DNA of 25,899 nt from assembly GCA_027001345.1 (NCBI GenBank), contig JALTMS010000108.1, forward strand, positions 1-25,899. The letters are read 5' to 3'. The notes under the pieces are model-generated. The model saw only the letters and a program-made list of their open reading frames with translations, was not told the DNA's origin and ran no database searches. This document shows, one piece after another, positions 8,480 to 16,380 of this stretch (positions are counted from its first letter, which is position 1; each line of letters begins with the position of its first letter). The stretch comes from Acidobacteriota bacterium. GTDB taxonomy: Bacteria; Acidobacteriota; Polarisedimenticolia; J045. Made by a program: the position numbers and the translations under genes.

Positions 8480-9769
8480 ATGAGCGCAGGCATCTCCCCG
8501 GCCGGGCGGGATCCGCGTCTCGATGCCGGCGGCGGTCTCGACGTCGAGGCCATTCGACGTGACTTTCCGATCCTCCAGCGGCGGATCGGCGGCAAAGCGC
8601 TGGTCTATCTCGACAGCGCCGCCACCAGCCAGAAGCCCCGTGTCGTCATCGACACGCTGGTGGACTACTACGAACGGTTGAATGCCAACGTTCACCGCGG
8701 CGCGCACACCCTGGCTGAAGAAGCGACGGAAGCCTACGAAAATGCTCGCGCCACCGTCGGAAGACTGGTGGGGGTAGATCCCTCCCAGGTCGTCTGGACC
8801 CGCTCGACCACCGAATCCCTCAACTTGCTGGCCTACGCCTGGGCCCGGCGCCACCTGCGCGCCGGCGACGTGGTGCTGCTGACGGAAATGGAGCACCACT
8901 CCAATATCGTCCCCTGGCAGATCCTCGCCCGGGAGGTCGGCGCCCGCTTGCAGTACGTTCCCTTCGAGCCTTCGGGGCAGCTCTGCCAGGAAAGTTTTCG
9001 CACTCTGTTGAGCGAGAGGATTCGCATCTTCTCCGTCGTCCACGCCTCCAATGTGCTGGGCACCGTCAATCCCGTACGAGAGATGATCGCCCAGGTACGG
9101 CAGGCGGCCCCCGACGCCTTGTGCGTGGTCGACGGCGCTCAGTCAGTCCCGCACATGCCCGTGGACTTCGAACACCTGGGCTGCGACTTCCTCGCTTTTT
9201 CGGGCCACAAGCTCTACGGGCCGATGGGCGCGGGCGTGCTGGTCGGTCGCCACCAGCGCCTGGAAGAGATGGAGCCTTTCCACGGCGGCGGTGAGATGAT
9301 CGAAAGCGTCAGTTTCGAGCAGACCACCTTCGCCGCCCCCCCTCACCGCTTCGAGGCCGGTACCCCCAACGTGGCCGGCGCCCTGGGACTTGCTGCCGCG
9401 GCGGAATACCTGATGTCGTTGGGCATGGATCGCGTACGGCGCCACAGCGTGGAGTTGACCGACTACGCCCTCGAACGCTTGCGCGAACTCGGCGGGGTGA
9501 CGGTCTACGGACCTTTCCGGGGCGAGCTGAAGTCGGGCCTGGTCACCTTCGTCGATCGGGATGTTCATGCTCACGACCTGGCAGCCTACCTCGATAGCCT
9601 CGGCGTGGCGATCCGCGCCGGTCACCACTGCGCTCAACCGCTCCACAAGCGGCTGGGCATCGCCTCGAGCGCCAGAGCCTCGTTCGGCGTCTACAATACG
9701 CGGGAAGAAGTCGATGTCCTGATCGAGGGAATCGCTCGTGCGCGAAAACTCTTCGGCAGCAGATCCTGA
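8480..9769 (+). CDS. sufS: Cysteine desulfurase SufS
   Basis: YLDSAATSQKP, EHHSN, DGAQ, PLP lysine in SGHKLYGP, FEAGTP, catalytic RAGHHCAQP. Confidence 0.97.
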   Translation: MSAGISPAGRDPRLDAGGGLDVEAIRRDFPILQRRIGGKALVYLDSAATSQKPRVVIDTLVDYYERLNANVHRGAHTLAEEATEAYENARATVGRLVGVDPSQVVWTRSTTESLNLLAYAWARRHLRAGDVVLLTEMEHHSNIVPWQILAREVGARLQYVPFEPSGQLCQESFRTLLSERIRIFSVVHASNVLGTVNPVREMIAQVRQAAPDALCVVDGAQSVPHMPVDFEHLGCDFLAFSGHKLYGPMGAGVLVGRHQRLEEMEPFHGGGEMIESVSFEQTTFAAPPHRFEAGTPNVAGALGLAAAAEYLMSLGMDRVRRHSVELTDYALERLRELGGVTVYGPFRGELKSGLVTFVDRDVHAHDLAAYLDSLGVAIRAGHHCAQPLHKRLGIASSARASFGVYNTREEVDVLIEGIARARKLFGSRS

Positions 9770-10238
9770 CCCGGCCGATCGGGAGATCCGGCAGCGCGAG
9801 TTGTGGCGAGACGTACTACTCGATCACTTCCGCGATCCCCGAGGCCGCACGCCGCTGGCGCAACCCTCCTGCCGGCGGGAGGTGCGCAATCCCCTCTGCG
9901 GCGATCGTCTGGTGCTCGAGCTGACGCTGGCCGAGGATCGAGTGCGGGAGGTCAGCGCCCGGGCCCGGGGCTGTAGCCTGTCCGTGGCCTCCGCTTCAAT
10001 GCTCGCCGAGCGCCTGCCCGGGTTGACCATCGGCGAGGTCAGAGACCTGTCCCGGACGGTACAGGCTTACCTGACGGCTTCGGCGGATCCAGCCGGCGAG
10101 ATCGACCTCGGCGAGATCGAAGCTCTCGGCGGCGTCCGCCGCCTCGCCGCTCGTCGCCCCTGCGCCTTGCTGCCCTGGAGGTGTCTCGACACTCTGCTCG
10201 GGGAAGATGCCGGAGTCTCGAACGAGCCCCTTCGCTAA
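9738..10238 (+). CDS. sufU: SufU sulfur-transfer protein
   Basis: NPLCGD, GCSLSVASASM and RRPCALLPW supply 3 Cys plus Asp as Zn ligands. GTG start overlaps the sufS 3' end. Confidence 0.85.
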   Translation: MRENSSAADPDPADREIRQRELWRDVLLDHFRDPRGRTPLAQPSCRREVRNPLCGDRLVLELTLAEDRVREVSARARGCSLSVASASMLAERLPGLTIGEVRDLSRTVQAYLTASADPAGEIDLGEIEALGGVRRLAARRPCALLPWRCLDTLLGEDAGVSNEPLR

Positions 10239-10256
10239 CCTGGAGATCGATACAAG

Positions 10257-10568
10257 ATGGCAGTGGACAGACAGACCGTAATCGAAGCGATACGCCCGGT
10301 GGTGGACCCCGAGGTGGGCTTCTCCATCGTCGAGATGGGACTGATCTATGACGTGGAGATCCCCGAGCAGGGCGGCCCAGTCAAGGTGGCGATGACCCTC
10401 ACCTCCCCGATGTGCCCCCTCGGGCCCCAGCTTGTCGCCGCGACCAAGGCCGCTGTCGAGTCCCTCGATGAAGTGGACAGCGCCACCGTCGAACTGGTCT
10501 GGGACCCACCATGGGATCCAGCCGAGATGGCCAGTGACGAGGTCAAAGACCGGCTGGGGATCTGGTAG
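10257..10568 (+). CDS. sufT: SufT/DUF59 metal-sulfur cluster assembly factor
   Basis: DPEVGFSIVEMGLIY, MTLTSPMCP, LVWDPPW, MASDE. Confidence 0.9.
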   Translation: MAVDRQTVIEAIRPVVDPEVGFSIVEMGLIYDVEIPEQGGPVKVAMTLTSPMCPLGPQLVAATKAAVESLDEVDSATVELVWDPPWDPAEMASDEVKDRLGIW

Positions 10569-10598
10569 CGAGAAAGAGCCGAGGAAGAAGAGTCGAAT

Positions 10599-10675
10599 TG
10601 GTCGGGGCGATCCGATTTGAACGGACGACCACTCGCACCCCAAGCGAGTGCGCTACCAGGCTGCGCCACGCCCCG
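10599..10675 (-). tRNA. tRNA-Pro(GGG)
   Basis: 77-nt cloverleaf, anticodon arm CTCGC-TTGGGGT-GCGAG, T-loop GTTCAAATC, encoded CCA end. Confidence 0.97.
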
Positions 10676-10749
10676 ACCGGGTGCTTCTGCCGACAGACGA
10701 GGCGGCCTGGCGGGGCTTGCCCCGGGCCCTCGCCCATCGACGGCAGGGG

Positions 10750-10758
10750 ATTCTAGCA
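10750..10758 (-). promoter_or_regulatory. Extended -10 promoter for tRNA-Pro(GGG)
   Basis: TG-C-TAGAAT on the minus strand, about 75 nt upstream of the tRNA. Confidence 0.55.
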
Positions 10759-10889
10759 TCGAAGCCCGGCCTTCGCTCAACCCCGGCTGTGAGCTTTTCG
10801 CGGCCCCCAACCTGACCCGGCTTGTGCAGGAAGCTTCGAGGTGAAACGCTCGTATATCATCCGGGCCGAGCGCTCGTGGGTGATCGGGG

Positions 10890-11603
10890 CTAGGTCAGCC
10901 GCTCCCGAACCTGGTCGAGCGCCTGCCCGAGGGCCCGCACCTCTTGCAGCGCGGTGCGGAGCTGCTCGACGAACCGGCGACGCTCGGCGGCCTGCCCCTC
11001 CTGCAAGGCTGTCAGCCTGGCCTGCAAGGCGGCCTGGACGGTGAGGGCCTCCTTCAGCTCCTCCTCGAGCCGCTGGGCGCGCCGCTCTTCGCTTGCCGCG
11101 CTCGCCTCGAGCTGCGAGACACGTCCGAGCAGGGTATCCCGCTCCTCGCGCATCGCCGCCGCACTCTCGGCGACCTGCTGGTGGCGATGGCGCAGGCCGT
11201 CCATCTCGCTGGTCTTCTCGGCGAGTCGAGCCTGCAGGACGCCGACCTGCTCGGAGAGCTGGCGAATCGTTTCCCTGGCCTCACCGAGCAGGTTTCCGGG
11301 GGCTTCCGGAGCACGATTCTCGGGTGCCGGCTCGGAACGGGGCTGCTCCCCCTCGGGGAAGGCTCGTGCCAGCTCTTCCCGGGCCTGGCCCAGATTCAGC
11401 CGTTCCCCTTCCACCAGGCGCTGGATCTCTGCGAGAATCTTCAGCTCTTCCGCGCCATAGAGTCGCTTGGCGCCCAGTCGCCGCCCGAGTTGAGGAAACT
11501 CCCCTTCCCAGAACTTCAGCACATAGGGCTGGATCCCCAGTTGCTGGCAGACATCGCGCGGTCGCAGAGCCTGAGAGCCGCTACTGATGGATCCCTGGGA
11601 CAC
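10890..11603 (-). CDS. MerR-family HTH protein with long C-terminal coiled coil
   Basis: RDVCQQLGIQPYVLKFWEGEFPQL...KRLY...L..IQRL matches the ihfA-linked MerR type. About 130 aa of E/Q/R/A-rich heptads follow. GTG start with GAGGAGG RBS and a TAGAAT -10 at 11662-11667. Confidence 0.85.
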   Translation of the reverse strand: MSQGSISSGSQALRPRDVCQQLGIQPYVLKFWEGEFPQLGRRLGAKRLYGAEELKILAEIQRLVEGERLNLGQAREELARAFPEGEQPRSEPAPENRAPEAPGNLLGEARETIRQLSEQVGVLQARLAEKTSEMDGLRHRHQQVAESAAAMREERDTLLGRVSQLEASAASEERRAQRLEEELKEALTVQAALQARLTALQEGQAAERRRFVEQLRTALQEVRALGQALDQVRERLT

Positions 11604-11818
11604 CGCTGACTCCTCCTCACCCGTCCAGGTCGATCTGATACCCTGCCGGACACCCTTCGAGATTCTACCGCAAACCGTGACGGCGGTGCAGGAGGCCGCC
11701 GGGCCCGGATGATTCCCGAAGCCTCGAGATGAGGGGGCACAGATGCGTGGCGGTCAGCGCCTTGCAGAGATCACCATGGCCGCGCACCCGCAGCCGGATG
11801 GCTGATGAACCGTCCAAA

Positions 11819-13618
11819 CTAGCAACGAGGGGAGTCCTGGTGCCCGTCGCCGACATCCTCGGTCAAACTCGGCCCCAGGACCGCTTCGACCAGACCCCCA
11901 AAAGCGGCCTCCAGGTGCTCACGGATCTCCTTGCCCGTCGGCAGCCCCATCGCCTCCGAGACGACCCGGCGGGCCGCCTTCTCGCTGCAGCGACGCAGAA
12001 TCGAGCGAACCTCCGAGACCATCACCGGGTTGCAGGAGAACTCACGCAAGCCCAGGCCGAGCAGTGTCAGAGCGCCGAGAGGCTCCGAGGCCATCTCCCC
12101 GCAGAGCGCCACCGGAATCTCCCGCCTCCGCGCCGCGAGAATGATCTCCCGCAACAGACGCAGCAGCGCCGGGTGCCACGGATCGTTGAGATAGGCCACC
12201 GAGCGGTTGCCCCGATCGACGGCCAGCGTGTACTGCTGCAAATCGTTGGTCCCGATGGAGAGAAAGTCGGACTCGCGGGCGAGCGCATCGACGACCAGCG
12301 CCGCAGCGGGGATCTCGATCATCGGCCCGAGCGGCACGGGGGGAATGCGGTGTCCTTCGGCTTCGAGTTCCTCGCGAACTCCTGCGACCATCGCTCTGAC
12401 CTCGCGCCACTCCTCGAGACCCGAGATCATCGGAATCATGATCCGGATATTGGGGTATTCGGCCGCAGCCAGCAGCAGGCCGCGAAGCTGGGTGCGAAAA
12501 ATATCGGGCCGCTTGAGACAAAAGCGAATCGCACGCAGCCCCATCACGGGATTCGGCTCGCCCGAGTCCAGGACATCGTTGAAATACTTCTCACCACCGA
12601 GGTCGAGGGTACGAATCACGACCGGTTGCCCTTCGAGTTCGCGAGCCAACCGGCAGTAGGCCTCAAAATGTTGATCCGTGTCGGGCAGGCGGGGAGCCGT
12701 GGCAAGGAAGAGGAATTCAGAACGGTAGAGCCCCACGCCACTGGCGCCGACACGATGGAGGGTCTTGACCTCCTCGAGGAACTCGACGTTACCCCGCAGC
12801 ACCAACTCCACACCGTCGGTGGTGCGGACCGGACCCCGGTCCATCTCGAAGGCGGCTTCGAGCTGTTCGAGCCGCGCCCGCTCACGCAACCGGCTGTCTT
12901 TCTCCTCTGCCGTCGGGGCGACGATCACGGTGCCGTGGAACCCATCGACGATCAACTCGTCCCCCTGCTCGACCATCTCCGTCACGCCCTCCGCGCCGAG
13001 CACGGCGGCGATCTCGAGGGCGTTGGCAAGGATCGCGGTATGAGAGGTCTTCCCTCCCTGTTCGGTGACGAAGGCCACGATCCGAGGCTGGTGCAGCCAG
13101 AGGGCATCGGAAGGCAGCAGAGATGGAGCGACGATCACCGTATCCTCTTCGAGTTCGAGGATCCCTTCCTCCCGGTTGGATTCGAGCGCCAGAATCCGCT
13201 GGAGCCGCGTATGGACGTCCGAAATATCGCCGCCCCGCTCGCGAATGTAGGGATCGTCCACACCGGCAAATGCCGCCAGCAGGCGCTTGACCGTCTTGGC
13301 CAGCGCCCACTCGGCGTTCAGCAGGTCATCTCGAATCCGGCCCATCGTCTCGCGGCCGAGACTGCGATCATCGAGAATCATCAGGTGGGCATCGAAGATC
13401 GATGCGTACTTGTCGCCCAGCTCGCGCGCCGCCTTCTCGCGCAGTGTGCCGATCTCGTCTCGCGCCTGACGCCGCGCGCGCCAGAAGCGCCGGAATTCCG
13501 AGCGCACGTCGGCCGGCGCGATGCGGTAGCGGGGAAGATCGCTCTCCCAGCGCGAAATGACCAGCGCCCTGCCGACTGCGATGCCGTGCGAGACGGCGAT
13601 GCCTCGCACCGTTTTCAT
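11819..13618 (-). CDS. ptsI: PEP-protein phosphotransferase (PTS enzyme I)
   Basis: Phospho-His in KTSHTAILA, GVGLYRSEF, IRTLDLGGEK, NPVMGLRAIR, SIGTNDL, LCGEMA. No N-terminal GAF domain. Confidence 0.95.
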   Translation of the reverse strand: MKTVRGIAVSHGIAVGRALVISRWESDLPRYRIAPADVRSEFRRFWRARRQARDEIGTLREKAARELGDKYASIFDAHLMILDDRSLGRETMGRIRDDLLNAEWALAKTVKRLLAAFAGVDDPYIRERGGDISDVHTRLQRILALESNREEGILELEEDTVIVAPSLLPSDALWLHQPRIVAFVTEQGGKTSHTAILANALEIAAVLGAEGVTEMVEQGDELIVDGFHGTVIVAPTAEEKDSRLRERARLEQLEAAFEMDRGPVRTTDGVELVLRGNVEFLEEVKTLHRVGASGVGLYRSEFLFLATAPRLPDTDQHFEAYCRLARELEGQPVVIRTLDLGGEKYFNDVLDSGEPNPVMGLRAIRFCLKRPDIFRTQLRGLLLAAAEYPNIRIMIPMISGLEEWREVRAMVAGVREELEAEGHRIPPVPLGPMIEIPAAALVVDALARESDFLSIGTNDLQQYTLAVDRGNRSVAYLNDPWHPALLRLLREIILAARRREIPVALCGEMASEPLGALTLLGLGLREFSCNPVMVSEVRSILRRCSEKAARRVVSEAMGLPTGKEIREHLEAAFGGLVEAVLGPSLTEDVGDGHQDSPRC

Positions 13619-13888
13619 TCAGCGTCCCTCACCGAAACGCTCGGCGATCAAGCCCGCCAAAGCCTCGATCGCCTCGCCCTCGTCGGGCCCGTCGGCCACC
13701 AGCAGCAACTCCGTACCACGAGGCGCCCCGAGGGTAAGAATGCCGAGGATCGACTTTCCATCGACCGTCATCGTCCCGAGACGAATCTCGACGCTGCTGC
13801 GGAAGCGGTTGGCCAGGTTGACGAAGCTCGCTGCAGCCCGAGCGTGCAGGCCTTTCTCGTTGACCAGTTTCACGCTCCGCTCGGTCAT
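13619..13888 (-). CDS. ptsH: Phosphocarrier protein HPr
   Basis: GLHARAA (His15) and DGKSILGILTL (Ser46). Confidence 0.95.
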   Translation of the reverse strand: MTERSVKLVNEKGLHARAAASFVNLANRFRSSVEIRLGTMTVDGKSILGILTLGAPRGTELLLVADGPDEGEAIEALAGLIAERFGEGR

Positions 13889-14301
13889 ACCGGCGCCTCC
13901 CCCCGCCCGGCGAGGACTTCTCCGGCCACTGTGATGTGCCAGCGCCCCTTGGCAGCCAGCACCTGAGCCGCCTGCTCGATGGTCTGCTCGCCACGGAGAT
14001 TGTTGAACTTCACGATCATCGGCAGGTTGACCCCGGTGACCACTTCGACGCGACCCGGTTCGAGCAGCGTCATTGCCACATTGGCCGGCGTCCCCCCCAG
14101 CATGTCGGTGGCGATGATCACTCCGTCACCCTGATCGATTTCCCGCAGTGCCTGGCGCATCGCCTCCAGGCAGGCGGCGGAGTCCTGATCCCAGTCCAGC
14201 ACCAGGGCCTTCATCACTCCCGGCTTGCGGACGATGTGCTCGGCGGCATCGAGCAACTCGAGTGCCAAACGACCATGGGTCGCGATCAACAGACCAATCA
14301 T
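13885..14301 (-). CDS. Stand-alone PTS EIIA, mannose/fructose family
   Basis: MIGLLIATHG, ATDMLGGTPAN, VTGVNLPM. ATG 14301 overlaps the rapZ TGA. Confidence 0.92.
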   Translation of the reverse strand: MIGLLIATHGRLALELLDAAEHIVRKPGVMKALVLDWDQDSAACLEAMRQALREIDQGDGVIIATDMLGGTPANVAMTLLEPGRVEVVTGVNLPMIVKFNNLRGEQTIEQAAQVLAAKGRWHITVAGEVLAGRGEAPV

Positions 14302-15185
14302 CAACTCTCCCGCCTCGAACCGCGCTCGATGTCCCGGTGGCGGACCTGGGTCCGATAGCCCGACTGGGCCAGATAGCGTGATGTGCGCTCGGCCAGGGCC
14401 ACCGACCGATGTCTGCCTCCGGTGCAGCCGAACGCGATGGTCAGGTAGCTTTTGCCTTCGAAGACATAACGCGGCATGACGAAGGCCAGCATCTCCTCGA
14501 GCTTGGCGCAAAACCCCGTGTAGCTGGGCTGGGACTCGAGGAAATCGACGACTTTCTCGTCCCGCCCGCTGAACTCGCGCAAGCCCGGCTGAAAATACGG
14601 GTTTTCGATGAAACGCACGTCGAAAACCAGATCCACGTCTCGTGGCAGCCCGTGCTTGAAACCGAAGGAGACCAGCCGCACCAGCAGGTCACCCGTCTCG
14701 GAATGATCGCTGAGAACCGACTTGATCTGTCGCCGCAAATCGTGCGGCGACAGCGAGTCGGTGGCAATCACCCTGTCGGCCAGATCCCGGAGCCCGGAGA
14801 GCAATTCGCTTTCTCTTCCAATGGCCTCAGCCACGCCCAGGGAATCCTGCAGGGCCACCGGATGTGGCCGGCGGGTTTCCGAGAACCGACGCACGAGCAC
14901 GTCGGGCGACGCCTCGAGGAAGAGCACCGTCACCCTCAGGTCGGTGCGCTCTCGCAGCTCTTCGACGATCGCCGGCAACGTATCGAGATGCCCGCGCTCT
15001 CGCGCATCGACGACGAAGGCTCCCTGGGGCTCGACTTCTTCTCCCCGGTCGAGCAGATCGACGAACGGCGCAATCAGCGGCACGGGCAAGTTGTCTACCG
15101 AAAAATAGCCCATGTCCTCGAGGCAGCGCAGAGCGAGAGTCTTACCCGACCCGGAAAGACCCGAGAGAACCACCAGCTTGATCAT
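14301..15185 (-). CDS. rapZ: RNase adapter / P-loop NTPase RapZ (YvcJ)
   Basis: SGLSGSGKT, VDNLP, RFSETRRPHP, SFGFKHG, DVRFIENP, GCTGGRHRSV, HRD. Confidence 0.95.
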   Translation of the reverse strand: MIKLVVLSGLSGSGKTLALRCLEDMGYFSVDNLPVPLIAPFVDLLDRGEEVEPQGAFVVDARERGHLDTLPAIVEELRERTDLRVTVLFLEASPDVLVRRFSETRRPHPVALQDSLGVAEAIGRESELLSGLRDLADRVIATDSLSPHDLRRQIKSVLSDHSETGDLLVRLVSFGFKHGLPRDVDLVFDVRFIENPYFQPGLREFSGRDEKVVDFLESQPSYTGFCAKLEEMLAFVMPRYVFEGKSYLTIAFGCTGGRHRSVALAERTSRYLAQSGYRTQVRHRDIERGSRRES

Positions 15186-16153
15186 CGGCTCTCCTCCTCG
15201 CCCGGTGGGCGTTCAGACAGGCGGCGAGCCAGCTCGGCCTGAATCTCAGCCGCGGCGTCGATGCCCCTGGCTCGCAGCAACTGCTGTCGGGCCGCGATTT
15301 CGAGGATCACCGCCAGGTTTCTCCCCGGTGCCACGGGAACTTCCCTCAACGGCACCCGGTGCCCGAGCACCTCCCACCACGCCTGTTCCTCGCCCAGCCG
15401 CTCGTAGGAGCGAGTCGCGTCGAAGCGCACGAGCCGAATGGCCTGCTCAACGGCCTTGATCTCCGCCACTGCCGTGATGCCGAACATCTCCCGTGCGTTG
15501 ATCAGACCCAGGCCCCGCACCTCGAGATAATAGCGGGAAAGCTCGGGCGACGCGCCGATCAACTCGTCTTCGATCAAACGTAACTCGACGGCATCGTCGG
15601 CTACCAACCGATGACCGCGTGTGACCAGTTCCAGAGCGCACTCGCTCTTGCCGATCCCTGACTCCCCGAGCAGCAGCACCCCCAGACCGAAGATGTCCAT
15701 CAGCACACCGTGGATCGTCTTCCGCGGTGCCAGGCGAACTGCCATGAAGTGGAACAGCGCCTCCATTACCTCCCCGGTGACCGCCGCCGTGCTCAGCAGC
15801 GGCACCCCTCCGGCCTCGGCGGCATCCACCAGAGTCGGCGGCGGAGCCAGACCCCGAACGAGCAGCAGCGCCGGGAAACTGCCATCACACAGACGCCCGA
15901 TGGCCGCCGCCGCACCGCGACTGCGCCGGTTGAGAAAACGCGCCTCGCTGCGTCCGAGCACCTGCAAGCGACCTTCGTGCAGGTATTCGAGACCTCCGGT
16001 CAGAGCCAGTCCCGGTTTCTGCAGCCGAGGACTGGCCAGGGCGCGGTCCAGCCCCCGGCTCCCCGCGAGGACCTCGAACGCGAAGCGCTGGGAGAGGGCA
16101 TCGACCATCTCCCGAACTGTCGGGGGATCCGGCTTGTACGGTGCTGGACTCAA
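15182..16153 (-). CDS. hprK: HPr kinase/phosphorylase
   Basis: QKPGLALTG, HGVLMD, GESGIGKSE, LVADD, LEVRGLG, PVAPGRNLA. Start uncertain: TTG 16153 has a GGAAG RBS, with an alternative at 16207. Confidence 0.93.
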   Translation of the reverse strand: MSPAPYKPDPPTVREMVDALSQRFAFEVLAGSRGLDRALASPRLQKPGLALTGGLEYLHEGRLQVLGRSEARFLNRRSRGAAAAIGRLCDGSFPALLLVRGLAPPPTLVDAAEAGGVPLLSTAAVTGEVMEALFHFMAVRLAPRKTIHGVLMDIFGLGVLLLGESGIGKSECALELVTRGHRLVADDAVELRLIEDELIGASPELSRYYLEVRGLGLINAREMFGITAVAEIKAVEQAIRLVRFDATRSYERLGEEQAWWEVLGHRVPLREVPVAPGRNLAVILEIAARQQLLRARGIDAAAEIQAELARRLSERPPGEEESR

Positions 16154-16257
16154 GGCAGGGCTTCCAGTGGGCACCGGCGATGAGCCGGTCTGACAAACCC
16201 CCGGCAAAAGTGGGAAAAGGGGGTTTTCGAGGATAGCTAAGCACTAATGGATCTGTT

Positions 16258-16287
16258 ATGTTAGCGACCCCGCCGACGAGGTGTCAA
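16258..16287 (-). promoter_or_regulatory. sigma70 promoter for the hprK-PTS operon
   Basis: TTGACA-N18-TAACAT on the minus strand. Confidence 0.6.
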
Positions 16288-16380
16288 GGTGCCCGCGGTG
16301 GTGCGGAGTTCGACAAGGGAGAAAGCAGCAGCAACGCTCGCGATCCCGTCGGCAAGCGGGGTCTGGAGAGGGCACAAACC

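Noticed and set aside
10777-10860. 27-aa minus-strand [13 protein letters not shown]... faintly resembling a Clp N-terminus
   Set aside because: No RBS, and the similarity is limited to a few residues.
11665-11856. 63-aa ORF between ptsI and the MerR gene
   Set aside because: It overlaps the ptsI end and the merR -10 element, with no RBS or motif.
11729-13966. 745-aa plus-strand ORF
   Set aside because: Antisense shadow of ptsI/ptsH with no recognisable motifs; long shadow ORFs are expected at high GC.
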